Origin: Candidatus Levyibacteriota bacterium
Lineage (GTDB): Bacteria; Patescibacteriota; Microgenomatia; Levybacterales; UBA12049
Length of the DNA: 64,000 bases
Direction: 5' to 3'
Assembly (NCBI GenBank): GCA_003173895.1
Contig: PJMG01000012.1
Span: 35,448-99,447, forward strand
The translations under genes were made by a program, and so were the position numbers. Positions 18,624-28,719 of this stretch are shown piece by piece. The notes below the pieces were generated by a model. It saw nothing but the letters and a program-made list of their open reading frames with translations, was not told the origin of the DNA and ran no database searches. Position 1 is the first letter of the stretch. Each line of letters opens with the position of its first letter.

Positions 18624-19979
18624 TTATTTATTAAATAAATTCAATAATGTTCTAGTTACAAATATGGCTGAGAACATAGAGACTCCTACTCCAATAGCGA
18701 GGGTTAGTGCGAATCCTTTTACTATCCCCTCTCCAAATCTAAATAAAATTAGACATGTAATAAGAGTTGAAATATTTGAGTCTCTTATGGATGACCAAGC
18801 TCTACTAAAACCTAGACTTTGAGCTTGTTCATGATTTCTACCTCTACGTAATTCTTCTTTAGTTCTTTCGAAAATCAAGATATTCGCATCTACAGCCATA
18901 CCTACTGATAAAATAAAACCAGCAATACCTGATAATGTTAAAGTTATAGGAATCATTTTAAAAATAGCTAAAGCCATTATGGTATAAATAATTAGAGCTA
19001 CTGTAGCTATTACACCAGATTTTTTATAAAGTGCGATCATAAATATAGCTACGATTATAAATCCTACTAAACCTGCGAAAATGCTTTCATTTAAAGAATT
19101 TTGCCCCAGTGTAGCACCTATAGTTTGTTCTGATAAAACATGCAGAGGAACTGGTAAGGTTCCTGCTTGTAACTCAATAGCTAAATTATTCGCAGTGTCT
19201 TGAGTAAAATTACCAGTTATAACTGCATTTCCAGTTAAAATAGGTTGTTGCACTACAGGCGCTTCTATAACTTGATTATCTAAAACTATAGCTATAGGTT
19301 TTTTAATATTTTTAGTAGTTAAATTTGCGAATTTTTGTGTTCCTGAATTATTAAAAATTAAATTCACTTGTGGCTGTCCAGTATTAGAATCATAAGTAAC
19401 CGAAGCACTTTTCAGATCCTTACCCGTTAGATTAGTTAGTTCAGCTGTGTTTCCCAAAACTTGTATCATGCCAACAGGTAAAATTCCAGAATTTGAGGCT
19501 ATACCACTCTCCCAAAATGATAACTCAGCCGTAGAACCAATAACTGATAAAGCTTCTTGATTACCCACTCCAGGTAAATCTACTATAAGTCGATAATCTG
19601 AACCATCTTTAGCAGTTTGAATGGTAGGTTCTGAAACTCCAAGTAAATTTATTCTATTACTAATAACTGTTTTAGCAGCATTTAATGCATTATCACGATC
19701 TGTGATTGCGATATTTTTCATATCAGCACTCAAAGTTATGCTAGTTCCACCTGCTAGATCAAGTCCTTCTCTAAACTGAAAAATTTTAATAAATTTAAAC
19801 TTACTGTAATTAAGAAAAATTACTGAACCTCCAAATGGAAGCGTTAGATTAAAACTTCTATTAATACCAGGTAGTTTTGGAATAGAAATAGAAAACAAAT
19901 TTGTCAGAGGCATATCAATAATGACTCCAACAAATATTATTAAAGCTATTAAAAAAAGAGAAAATTTATGATGTCTCAT
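18624..19979 (-). CDS. secD: protein translocase subunit SecD
   Basis: GLDLAGG, GVSEP, AIVLD, GMAVDANILIFER. Confidence 0.95.
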   Translation of the reverse strand: MRHHKFSLFLIALIIFVGVIIDMPLTNLFSISIPKLPGINRSFNLTLPFGGSVIFLNYSKFKFIKIFQFREGLDLAGGTSITLSADMKNIAITDRDNALNAAKTVISNRINLLGVSEPTIQTAKDGSDYRLIVDLPGVGNQEALSVIGSTAELSFWESGIASNSGILPVGMIQVLGNTAELTNLTGKDLKSASVTYDSNTGQPQVNLIFNNSGTQKFANLTTKNIKKPIAIVLDNQVIEAPVVQQPILTGNAVITGNFTQDTANNLAIELQAGTLPVPLHVLSEQTIGATLGQNSLNESIFAGLVGFIIVAIFMIALYKKSGVIATVALIIYTIMALAIFKMIPITLTLSGIAGFILSVGMAVDANILIFERTKEELRRGRNHEQAQSLGFSRAWSSIRDSNISTLITCLILFRFGEGIVKGFALTLAIGVGVSMFSAIFVTRTLLNLFNK

Positions 19980-20551
19980 GAGAGCATATCTTCTTCGTCT
20001 CCGATCAACATGACGCGAGAACCTGAAAGCACTTGATTTATAAATGGATCATTTCTGGTTTTTCTAAAGTGAAATTCTTCTTCAGTCATAACAGTATAAT
20101 TTATTTCTGTGTCTAGTCTTGCTTCTTCATTTTTTACCAGCAGTGCAATTTCAGGCAAAACTACTTTTCCTACTATAAGAAAATCTACTTCTTCAGGGTT
20201 TTTATTCATTCTCCTAATAAATTTGCCAGAAAGCATGGCATAATTTATCTTGCCTAATTTTATTTTATTTTTTAATATTTCATAACCTAAACCTATAGAT
20301 TTAGCACCTATCTTTAGTAAATCAAAATAAAAAGTATAATTTTTATTTAAATAATAATAAACACGATTAGCACGAGGTTCTCGAATTAAAATCCCTTTTT
20401 TTTCTAATATTTCTAATTCTCGTCTTACGGCATTTATTTCCTCATTTGTCTTACGAGATAAGTCTCGTACATGATACATCTCAGAAGGATAAGACAAAAA
20501 TATTTTTAAAAGCTTTATTCTAGTCTTAGATGTAATTAAATCTTCTAGCAT
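19976..20551 (-). CDS. winged-helix protein with degenerate nucleotidyltransferase-like C-terminal domain
   Basis: SKTRIKLL, HVRDLSR..INAVRREL HTH; SGKF...VDFLIVG; start ATG 20551. Confidence 0.7.
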   Translation of the reverse strand: MLEDLITSKTRIKLLKIFLSYPSEMYHVRDLSRKTNEEINAVRRELEILEKKGILIREPRANRVYYYLNKNYTFYFDLLKIGAKSIGLGYEILKNKIKLGKINYAMLSGKFIRRMNKNPEEVDFLIVGKVVLPEIALLVKNEEARLDTEINYTVMTEEEFHFRKTRNDPFINQVLSGSRVMLIGDEEDMLS

Positions 20552-20612
20552 GAAGTTATTATAGTACAATTAAACAAGTTTTGTGAACAATTAATAATAT
20601 ATAATATAAAAA

Positions 20613-21719
20613 ATGTCTGAAAATGATTCTTATGCTGCTACAGGAGTTGATTATTCTATATTAGATACTGCTAAAAGATTAGCTCAAGAACAAGCTAGCT
20701 CCACAGGAAACAATGCTAGAAGAACTGGAATCGTAGAATTATCAACTAGTCGTGGAGAATCTGCTTTTGTTTGGGAAGATGGGAATGTATACAGAGCTAT
20801 GGTTATGGAAGGATTAGGAACTAAAAGTCTAATTGCAGATAGTATGAGGACTATTACTGGAAAAACTTATTATGATCAAATTGCTCAAGATACTGTTGCA
20901 GCTATTATTAATGATTTAATTGTCGTAGGAGCAGATCCACAAATTATTACTGCTTATTGGGGAGTAGGTAATTCGGATCGGTTTTCAGATTTACAAAGGG
21001 TTGAAGATTTAGTTCGCGGATGGAAACAGGCATGTGATTTAGCTGGTGTTACATGGGGTGGTGGAGAAACACCAACTCTTACAGGAATTATTAATCAAGA
21101 CACTATAGATTTAGGAGGATCTGCGGTGGGAGTTATAAACCCTAAAGAAAATTTAGTATTAGGTGATAAATTAACCGAAGGTGATGAAATTCTTTTAGTA
21201 GAAAGTAGTGGAATACAAGCAAATGGTTTGACATTGGTTAGATCAATTGCAGATAAATTACCCCAAAGTTACGCGACATCTATGGCAGATGGGAATTTAT
21301 TTGGAGAGGCATTATTAACTCCTACAAATATTTATGCTTCATTAATTAGGGATTTACAAGTTAACGCTGTTGATATTCATTATATGGTTAATATTACTGG
21401 TCATGGCTGGAGAAAATTAATGAGAGCCACTAAAGATTTCAGTTATGTTATAGACCAAACTCCAAAACCTCAAGAACTTTTTAATTTTATACAAAAAAAG
21501 GGAAACTTAAGCGATATTGATATGTATGGTACCTTTAATATGGGAGCAGGTTTTGCCATTTACGTTCCACCTGAATATTCTGAACAAGTAATTAAGTTAG
21601 GTCAAGAAAATCATAATCTTAAAATTATTAAAGCAGGAAAAGTCCAAAAAGGACCAAAACAGGTAATTATAAATCCTTTAAATATTACTTTTGAAGAAAA
21701 AACTCTTCAAGTTCGCTAA
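20613..21719 (+). CDS. purM: phosphoribosylformylglycinamidine cyclo-ligase (AIR synthase)
   Basis: YAATGVD, EGLGTK, ND, GGET, SSGIQANG, NITGHG, TFNMGAG. Confidence 0.88.
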   Translation: MSENDSYAATGVDYSILDTAKRLAQEQASSTGNNARRTGIVELSTSRGESAFVWEDGNVYRAMVMEGLGTKSLIADSMRTITGKTYYDQIAQDTVAAIINDLIVVGADPQIITAYWGVGNSDRFSDLQRVEDLVRGWKQACDLAGVTWGGGETPTLTGIINQDTIDLGGSAVGVINPKENLVLGDKLTEGDEILLVESSGIQANGLTLVRSIADKLPQSYATSMADGNLFGEALLTPTNIYASLIRDLQVNAVDIHYMVNITGHGWRKLMRATKDFSYVIDQTPKPQELFNFIQKKGNLSDIDMYGTFNMGAGFAIYVPPEYSEQVIKLGQENHNLKIIKAGKVQKGPKQVIINPLNITFEEKTLQVR

Positions 21720-22865
21720 TTATTTTGTAGTTACTTGATTATATGTTGGTTGAATTTCAAACCAAATTTTACCTCTGTTAAATGAAATTTCATTTCCATT
21801 GGTATCGTAAAGTAATGTTCTAGCTGTTTGACTGGCTTTTTTCCATGTAGCTGTTATTTTCTTTCCGTCTATAAAGACTAGCGCATCTCCAGATCCGATA
21901 TTTTGATAAAGTAAATGTTCGTTATTAGCATATCCATCATTAGCATGTGATTCTTTCATATATAAAACAACTACATTTTTAGCATAAACAGGTTTTTTAG
22001 TATCTACATCTATAAAGTCTTCGCCACCATTTTTTCTAAGATAACTATCTGTTTTAGGATCAAAAACCCATTCTACTACATATCCAGGATCATTCCAGAA
22101 CGGAATTGTAATATCTGTAACATTACCAAATGAGGTAGCATCATCTTTAAATGTATAAGGAGTAAAATTAGCATCCCATGGAGCACCTTTTACTAAATTA
22201 GTTATACTTCGTGTTTTAGCAATAGCCCAGAGTTTAGAAGTAGTGGAATACATAGTGTGTTCTGTAGCTACAGTGTGACCCTGTCTAGAATAATCTCTCC
22301 AATATGTAGGAAAACCTAGAGAAAATTGATTTAAATCATTATATCCATCCCAACCTAGATTACTAATTTCTCCCAGTGCATCTGCATCTCCATCTGCATT
22401 TGCTCCTCCCACATGTGCATAGAGTGGATAAGGACCGTATTCCATGAGCCATCCTATAAAATAAACTCTAGCTGATCTGATAGGACCTATTTCGGGCGCA
22501 TCCTGACAATAGAAAATATTTAGTGTTCTAGTTATTCCACCTTCTGCCACTGCTTCATAAACTATATCTGCATAAGAAATACCAGATTGAGGTCTGGCAT
22601 CTGTACTATTTTCTATCATTACACCTAGTGGTTCATGAGTTTTCCACCAATTTTCTTGCTGTACTGAATATTTAACGCCATTAATAGGACAAGCTTGAGT
22701 TTTAGGAAGATTCTGATCAAAAGCCATAGTACCATTAGCACCTGGCTTGGCAACTGGAATATTTGTACTAATGACTGTAGGATTTTTTAATTTGAAAATT
22801 AAATATGATACCAATGCTGAAATTATAAAAAGAAAAATTCCAATAATTAATATTTTTTTATTCAT
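21720..22865 (-). CDS. DUF3048 domain protein
   Basis: VMIENS..ARPQSG, EGGITR, GPIRSAR. Confidence 0.88.
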   Translation of the reverse strand: MNKKILIIGIFLFIISALVSYLIFKLKNPTVISTNIPVAKPGANGTMAFDQNLPKTQACPINGVKYSVQQENWWKTHEPLGVMIENSTDARPQSGISYADIVYEAVAEGGITRTLNIFYCQDAPEIGPIRSARVYFIGWLMEYGPYPLYAHVGGANADGDADALGEISNLGWDGYNDLNQFSLGFPTYWRDYSRQGHTVATEHTMYSTTSKLWAIAKTRSITNLVKGAPWDANFTPYTFKDDATSFGNVTDITIPFWNDPGYVVEWVFDPKTDSYLRKNGGEDFIDVDTKKPVYAKNVVVLYMKESHANDGYANNEHLLYQNIGSGDALVFIDGKKITATWKKASQTARTLLYDTNGNEISFNRGKIWFEIQPTYNQVTTK

Positions 22866-22871
22866 ATAATA

Positions 22872-23324
22872 TCAACTTTCTAATGCTCTTTTTTCTTCTT
22901 CTGATAGATCATGATCTGTACCTTTACCGTTTTTTATTTTTTTGGCATACCAACGAGTTCCTGCTCTGGAATAAAGGCCAGAAATAATTACTCCATTTTC
23001 TTCACTGTCTGTAAGGGATAAAATAAAACTTTGATCGCCTCCTGTATCCTTAAATGGATTAAATCGAAGCAGTCCTAGCTTTTGGATATGTTTTTTCCCC
23101 TCTTCTTCTATCTTATCATATCTTTCTTTTAAAATATCAATATCCTTTTTTGTATTATCATGAGAACTAAGAATCATTTCTAAAAGAGATTGTAAAGTAT
23201 GTCTAGAGGTAGCTTTTAAAAGTTTATTATAATGAGAAGAAAGTTTAAAAAAAATAAAACTTAAAAAGATAAGCCAGATAGTTATGATTCCAAGTAGTAT
23301 TAAAATAATTTGATTAATATTCAT
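22872..23324 (-). CDS. DUF4446 family protein
   Basis: RFNPF.DTGGDQSF, YAK, LSEEE. Confidence 0.85.
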   Translation of the reverse strand: MNINQIILILLGIITIWLIFLSFIFFKLSSHYNKLLKATSRHTLQSLLEMILSSHDNTKKDIDILKERYDKIEEEGKKHIQKLGLLRFNPFKDTGGDQSFILSLTDSEENGVIISGLYSRAGTRWYAKKIKNGKGTDHDLSEEEKRALES

Positions 23325-23388
23325 ACCGTTGTTTTTTTATGGTATCCTCTTGACAGACACGCTGTCAATAGTGTAGCCTGAGGCAAAT

Positions 23389-23640
23389 ATGGCTAAAGTT
23401 AAAAAATCAGAAAATAATAATAGTCAAAATATAATAAATAATATTACCTATTCTTTTTCTAGTTCTAATAATTCCCCTATTATTAAAAACAACGTAAATA
23501 AAAATTCATCAACTCAAAGTTATACTTATGTTATAAAAGATCTATGGCAGACTTTTTTTATTTCTATTTTTCTATTTGTACTAGAAGTAGTAATTTTTAT
23601 ATTATTAAAAAATAACGTTTTTAAAATACCATCAATTTAA
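23389..23640 (+). CDS. small membrane protein
   Basis: N/S-rich N-terminus, YVIKDL then one TM. Confidence 0.65.
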   Translation: MAKVKKSENNNSQNIINNITYSFSSSNNSPIIKNNVNKNSSTQSYTYVIKDLWQTFFISIFLFVLEVVIFILLKNNVFKIPSI

Positions 23641-23697
23641 AATTCTTAACTATAAATTTTGAATTTTAAATTGTTTTTGAAAGGGGGTGATTAAAGA

Positions 23698-23835
23698 ATG
23701 CAAATGTATTGTGTAAAATGCCGACAAAAAAGAGAGGCAAAAGATCCTAAAAAAATTACCATGAAAAATGGTAAGCCAGCAACTGAAGCAATTTGTTCAG
23801 TATGTGGTACAAAAATGTTTAGAATTGGAGGCTAA
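23698..23835 (+). CDS. 45-aa zinc-ribbon microprotein (DUF5679-like), not in ORF track
   Basis: MQMYCVKCRQKREAKDPKKITMKNGKPATEAICSVCGTKMFRIGG; SD AGGGGGTG upstream. Confidence 0.88.
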   Translation: MQMYCVKCRQKREAKDPKKITMKNGKPATEAICSVCGTKMFRIGG

Positions 23836-23855
23836 TTAGCTTTTCCAAGTCTCAA

Positions 23856-23900
23856 AAACCCCCAACTAATACGACCAATTGGCGAATTAATTGGGGGTTT
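23856..23900. terminator. hairpin between convergent genes, possibly bidirectional terminator
   Basis: AAACCCCCAA.TAAT...ATTA.TTGGGGGTTT. Confidence 0.7.
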
Positions 23901-23907
23901 AATTTAA

Positions 23908-24045
23908 TTACTCACAACAAGGGTCTTTGAAACCACAATTCTGACAATATGCATCGCGACTTCCAGGCATATCGCCCATAAGGGTATAACAAATAGGACA
24001 GAGTTGTGTACGTAAATCCGGATTTAATTTAATATTTAAGTCCAT
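23908..24045 (-). CDS. 45-aa Cys-rich microprotein, not in ORF track
   Basis: MDLNIKLNPDLRTQLCPICYTLMGDMPGSRDAYCQNCGFKDPCCE; CPxC + CxxCG + CC. Confidence 0.8.
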   Translation of the reverse strand: MDLNIKLNPDLRTQLCPICYTLMGDMPGSRDAYCQNCGFKDPCCE

Positions 24046-24077
24046 AACTTAAAATATAAAAAATGAGATTTAAATTA

Positions 24078-25772
24078 TTATTTTTTACCTTGATAGTGTT
24101 CTAATTTATAGATTTCTATAAAGCTAACATTCTTTTTATCTACTATTTCTGCTTGACCAAAACCTGCTATTTCAAAAAGTGGATTACCTAAAGGATAGCA
24201 TGGAATACTCTCACAAATGACTATTAATTGATTAGTAACTGAAGTTCTTTGAGGATCTAAATAGGGAGGTTGTATAGTTACCGGAGGATGTCCCCAAATA
24301 GTTAAGAAATAACGATAGGCAAAATCAGAATTTCCACCTGTAATTAGAGCTAAATTAAAGGGTTTATTATCTACTTCATTTAAAACTACTTTAGATATTA
24401 ATCTCGCTTGATTAACTTGTTCATTAGGAAGAATTCTTATAGGACTATAATAAATACTAGTAAATATTATCGCTCCTAAAATTAAAATTCCACCAATTTT
24501 ACTTGATATATTTATTACTTGATAGAGCTTGTTATTCTGAGCGTTAGCGAAGAATCTCGTCCTTTTCCAATTATTTTTCCATAAAAATCCTATAAAATTA
24601 CTAATTACTAAAATTACTACAGGATATAAAAATTCAAAATAATAATCATAAATATTTTTTTTATAAAATCCAAAAATTAAGAGTGGTGGAATTAACCAGG
24701 CAAAGATTAAAAAATATTTTAGAAACTTATTTTTATTTGTCATTCTGAGCGTTAGCGAAGAATCTCGTCCCTTTTGTTTTAATAAGCTAACAAATTCAAT
24801 TAAAAAGTAGATTAAACTTCCTAAGGACACGATGGAAATTAAAATAGCAAAAATATCTAGCTTACCAAATGTTGAAACTGCTGTATTGGAAGGTGGGTAA
24901 TAGAATAAAGTTTTCCCAAAAACAGTTATAAATACATCCCAAGTTTTCATCAGGATATTCCCACTTCCTCCTACGTCAGGAGAATGAAAAATAAAATTAA
25001 TAATATTTAATGTGTTTACGAATTTATGTCTTACTTCAAATGCTAAATAAGGAGAAAACCCTATTAAAAATCCTAAAATGAAAAAGAAAAAAATCTTAAT
25101 GTCATCCTGAACTTGTTTCAGGATTTTCTTCATCATCCTAGCTGGTCCAGAATTAATGCTAAAAATAAACTCTGCTCCAATAACATATAAAATTATCGAC
25201 ACTCCTAAAAATGTTTCTATGTAGTGAAGTTGAAGTAAAATTCCATAGCAGATACCGGATAAAATAACCCATTTATTTTTCCCCTCAAACAAACTTCTAT
25301 ATAAAAACCATAAACATAATATGGTAAAAAATGGCATAGGATTTGGATTCCATGAAGATTTAGAATAAATTACTACGAGTGGTGAAATAGCATAAATAAA
25401 TGCTGCTATAAATCCTGTAGTTTTATTAAAAATATTTTTACCAAGATAATAAACTAGATAAACAGTTATTATTCCAAGTAATGCAATCATTACAGCTGGC
25501 CCCACAGGATTATAATTAAATAACCATAAAAATGGTGCCATGAAGTAGTAATAAATAGGACCTAAGAAAAAACCGCCAACAGAACTGGTTGGTCCCAGTA
25601 AAGTTAGATGTCCATGTAAAATATTATAAACAGTTAAGACATCTCTTCCTTCATCTCCTAAAAAAGTCATGTAATCACCAATCCTATAAAATCTTAGGAA
25701 TGCAGCTAACAGTAAAATTAAAAATAAAAGAAAATTTGTTTTAGTAAGATATTTTTTTAAAGCACTTATCAT
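24078..25772 (-). CDS. GT-C fold glycosyltransferase (ArnT/PMT-like), with three in-frame REP inserts
   Basis: FLRFY, FLGDEGRD, GPIYYY, WNPN, QLHY; many TMs; ATG 25787 lies within a repeat so 25772 preferred. Confidence 0.85.
   Translation of the reverse strand: MISALKKYLTKTNFLLFLILLLAAFLRFYRIGDYMTFLGDEGRDVLTVYNILHGHLTLLGPTSSVGGFFLGPIYYYFMAPFLWLFNYNPVGPAVMIALLGIITVYLVYYLGKNIFNKTTGFIAAFIYAISPLVVIYSKSSWNPNPMPFFTILCLWFLYRSLFEGKNKWVILSGICYGILLQLHYIETFLGVSIILYVIGAEFIFSINSGPARMMKKILKQVQDDIKIFFFFILGFLIGFSPYLAFEVRHKFVNTLNIINFIFHSPDVGGSGNILMKTWDVFITVFGKTLFYYPPSNTAVSTFGKLDIFAILISIVSLGSLIYFLIEFVSLLKQKGRDSSLTLRMTNKNKFLKYFLIFAWLIPPLLIFGFYKKNIYDYYFEFLYPVVILVISNFIGFLWKNNWKRTRFFANAQNNKLYQVINISSKIGGILILGAIIFTSIYYSPIRILPNEQVNQARLISKVVLNEVDNKPFNLALITGGNSDFAYRYFLTIWGHPPVTIQPPYLDPQRTSVTNQLIVICESIPCYPLGNPLFEIAGFGQAEIVDKKNVSFIEIYKLEHYQGKK
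24530..24562. repeat. REP-like singlet inside GT-C gene
   Basis: TGTTATTCTGAGCGTTAGCGAAGAATCTCGTCC; encodes RTRFFANAQNN. Confidence 0.9.
24738..24770. repeat. REP-like singlet inside GT-C gene
   Basis: TGTCATTCTGAGCGTTAGCGAAGAATCTCGTCC, one mismatch to 24530 copy; encodes GRDSSLTLRMT. Confidence 0.9.
25100..25124. repeat. REP-like singlet inside GT-C gene
   Basis: TGTCATCCTGAACTTGTTTCAGGAT identical to 4024-4048; encodes ILKQVQDD. Confidence 0.9.
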
Positions 25773-25781
25773 AATATCTAA

Positions 25782-25849
25782 TGCCATCCTGAACTTATTT
25801 CAGGATCTTCTTAATTCAGAGAGGATGCTGAAATAAATTCAGCATGACA
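25782..25849. repeat. REP-like TGTCAT doublet (68 bp), intergenic
   Basis: TGCCATCCTGAACTTATTTCAGGATC...GATGCTGAAATAAATTCAGCATGACA. Confidence 0.9.
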
Positions 25850-25853
25850 AGAG

Positions 25854-27005
25854 TTATTTTTTCTTCCAAATAAATTTAGAATAAATAAAGAAGTTCCAGA
25901 TTAAAAGTAGTGCCGTTCCAATTACAAAATAAAGATAATAATATTTAATATTAATTAAAAAATGGAAATTGCCATTATTACTTATAAAAGTATCACCTAA
26001 AAATATAGTTCCTGTTTGAATAAAAATAACTCCGAAAATCGATGTAACATAAAATTGCAGCATTTTCCAGAAGTAGATTCCTATTCCTGTTATTTTTTGA
26101 TGACTAAAAGTCCAGATATTATTTAAATTATAGTTAGAGAAAATGGCTACAGCTGCGCCGACTAGATTAGCTAATGAATGATCCCAGTGAAAAGAATCTG
26201 ATAAAACTTTTAGAATTATAAAATTAATTACGAAACCTGTTCCTCCAACTACTAAAAATTTAAAGAAACTGGATAATTCTATTAACCTCTGAGTAATGAC
26301 AAATTTTAAAGTATTTACAATGGTAGAACCTGATGGAATTTTAGATTCACCCGCTACTCTTTCACCAAAAGCAAATGGTACTTCCGCTACTTTAAATCCA
26401 TCTTCTACAGATTTTAGTAAAAATCCTACCTGAAAATAATAACCAGTTAATTTTTTAATTCTTTCTTTTTCTTTTATAAATACTTCTTTTTTAATAGCTC
26501 TATAGCCGCCTGTCCAATCATGAATATAAAAACGCCCCAAAACAAATCTTATAAATTGATTTCCTACTACGGATAAAAATTTACGATCTATACCCCAATT
26601 TTGAGGAATTGATCCACCATCACTATATCTGGTACCAATTACGAAATCATATCCGGCGTCAATTTTTTTAAGAAATTGAGGAATTTTATCAGGATCATGT
26701 TGGAAATCCGCATCCATTTCAAAAACCACATCTACTTTTAATGCATCAATCGAAAAACTCATAGCTCTTATATATGCTGCACCTAAACCTTTTTTTGGTC
26801 CACTATCTACTCTAATATTTTTATATTTTTTATTTAAACTTTCTGCTATTTTAGCTGTACCATCAGGTGAATTATCATCAGCTACTACAATTAACATTTC
26901 ATAGTCTTTAATACGTGGAAAAACTTTTTCTTCGAGGTAGGTAATAATTTTTTCTATATTTTCTTTTTCGTTATATGTAGGAAGAATAATAGCTGCTTTT
27001 TTCAT
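25854..27005 (-). CDS. polyprenol-phosphate glycosyltransferase (GT2, DPM1-like) fused to GtrA-like domain
   Basis: PTYNE, DDNSPDGT, GLG.AY, MDADFQH, GESK; C-terminal KFLVVG..NY.LN..WTF..WNF. Confidence 0.9.
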   Translation of the reverse strand: MKKAAIILPTYNEKENIEKIITYLEEKVFPRIKDYEMLIVVADDNSPDGTAKIAESLNKKYKNIRVDSGPKKGLGAAYIRAMSFSIDALKVDVVFEMDADFQHDPDKIPQFLKKIDAGYDFVIGTRYSDGGSIPQNWGIDRKFLSVVGNQFIRFVLGRFYIHDWTGGYRAIKKEVFIKEKERIKKLTGYYFQVGFLLKSVEDGFKVAEVPFAFGERVAGESKIPSGSTIVNTLKFVITQRLIELSSFFKFLVVGGTGFVINFIILKVLSDSFHWDHSLANLVGAAVAIFSNYNLNNIWTFSHQKITGIGIYFWKMLQFYVTSIFGVIFIQTGTIFLGDTFISNNGNFHFLINIKYYYLYFVIGTALLLIWNFFIYSKFIWKKK

Positions 27006-27955
27006 ATGCTCTTAAAATATTCTATCGTTTTATTAAGTCCTTCTTCAAGTGATACTTTCGGTTCCCAATTTAAAAGTTGTTTAGCTTTAGAGATATCTGC
27101 TTTACGTTTTAGTGGATCATCTAAAGGGAGCTCTTCACTAAAAATTATCTCACTTTTAGAATCAGTTAATTTTTTAACTATTTGAGCATATTCCAGAACT
27201 GTATGTTCAGATGGACTCCCTAAATTTATAACTTCACCTTTTACATTATCATTAAACATAAATTTCATCAGTCCATCGACTAAATCATCTATAAAACAAA
27301 GAGAACGCGTTTGACTTCCATCACCAAAAACTGTAATTGATTCTCCACTTAATGATTGATTAATAAAACTTATTATCATTCTCCCATCTTCCTTTAACAT
27401 ATTTGGTCCATAGGTATTAAAAATGCGAACTATTCGTCCATCTAAATTTTTATCACGAACATAATAAGCAGTTAAAGTTTCACCAAATCTTTTCGATTCA
27501 TCATAAATAGAACGAGGTCCAGTGGTAGAAACATTTCCTCGATAAGTTTCTTTCTGTGGATGTTCTAATGGATCACCATAAATTTCTGATGTCGAAGCAA
27601 ATAAAAATCGCGCATTATTTTTTAAAGCTAAATCAAGTAATAAATGTGTTCCGGTAGTATTAGCCATCATAGTTTGTATTGGAAGAGCCAAATAGCTAAT
27701 AGAACTATGATGATTAGGAGATGCAGGGGATGCTAGATGAAAAAGAAAATCAAATTTTAAATCTCCTTCAACTGGCTTTGTAATATCTGCTTCTATAAAA
27801 GTAAACTGCGGATTATTTAATAAATTTTGTATGTTTGATTTTTTACTAGTTATGAAATTATCTATACAGATTACGCTGTAGTTTTGCTCTAAAAGTCTTT
27901 TACATAAATTAGAACCAATAAATCCTGCTCCCCCAGCAACCAGAACTGTCTTCAT
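27002..27955 (-). CDS. UDP-glucuronate decarboxylase-like SDR
   Basis: GGAGFIG, HLASPASP, ASTSEIYGDP, GPRSIYDESKR, RIFNTYGP. Confidence 0.88.
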   Translation of the reverse strand: MKTVLVAGGAGFIGSNLCKRLLEQNYSVICIDNFITSKKSNIQNLLNNPQFTFIEADITKPVEGDLKFDFLFHLASPASPNHHSSISYLALPIQTMMANTTGTHLLLDLALKNNARFLFASTSEIYGDPLEHPQKETYRGNVSTTGPRSIYDESKRFGETLTAYYVRDKNLDGRIVRIFNTYGPNMLKEDGRMIISFINQSLSGESITVFGDGSQTRSLCFIDDLVDGLMKFMFNDNVKGEVINLGSPSEHTVLEYAQIVKKLTDSKSEIIFSEELPLDDPLKRKADISKAKQLLNWEPKVSLEEGLNKTIEYFKSI

Positions 27956-28002
27956 TAAAATAATTCTAGCAGAAAAAATAATTTCAAGAAAGCAATGAAG
28001 TT

Positions 28003-28719
28003 TTAAAAGTTTTTTGCTCTGTATTTATCTTCAGTTATTTTAGTTAAACTTTGAGTATCTGAGTCAAATTCAAATAAATCTGAGAATGGTGCAACTTTTG
28101 TAGAAGTCATCATACCCTTTATATAATTAATTATTATACCTGGTTCCTGGGTTGTTACTTCTTGTCTACCAACATTACATGCTGCAATAATAATTCTATC
28201 TATAGGTTTACCTTGCTGCTTAGATGTAGAAATAATATGATTAATTAACTCTTGTATTGGTGCACCATGAGGAGTATCTGCGTTTTTAAAAACTTTCCAA
28301 GGTTTACCTCCTCCTTCACCAACAATAACTACTATGTGTTCTTTTCTTCCCAATTCTTCCTCTCTCGTTTTTACTCTCTCTTCTACCATGGTTAGTCTAT
28401 ATTTAGAATCACTAAGCACCCAACTAATAGCATCCTCTCTATTCTTTTCATTTGCACGCTTACCAAATCTTCTTGTTGCAGTTATTGCTAACCTACCTAC
28501 TAACTCCCTTACACCGCTAGGCACATAATATGTAATATCACCTAAGCCTGAAGTATTATTCAAGGAAGATAATGCTGAAATTCCCTCAAAGTTATTATCC
28601 AAATTATATGACACAATATCAAATTGCACATTGTTAATCGCAAAAGCTCCTCTTTTTAGAGTAAATGCTCTTTCTTCCTCATTTATTGAGAACATTCTTT
28701 CAGCAAATTCATTTGGCAT
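28003..28719 (-). CDS. hypothetical protein
   Basis: Long ORF; start ATG 28719 chosen from TG-C-TAACAT 7 nt upstream. Confidence 0.65.
   Translation of the reverse strand: MPNEFAERMFSINEEERAFTLKRGAFAINNVQFDIVSYNLDNNFEGISALSSLNNTSGLGDITYYVPSGVRELVGRLAITATRRFGKRANEKNREDAISWVLSDSKYRLTMVEERVKTREEELGRKEHIVVIVGEGGGKPWKVFKNADTPHGAPIQELINHIISTSKQQGKPIDRIIIAACNVGRQEVTTQEPGIIINYIKGMMTSTKVAPFSDLFEFDSDTQSLTKITEDKYRAKNF

Noticed and set aside
24530-24770. 33-bp direct repeats as a possible CRISPR array
   Set aside because: Only two copies, 175-bp spacer, inside a CDS, no cas genes; they belong to the REP-like family.
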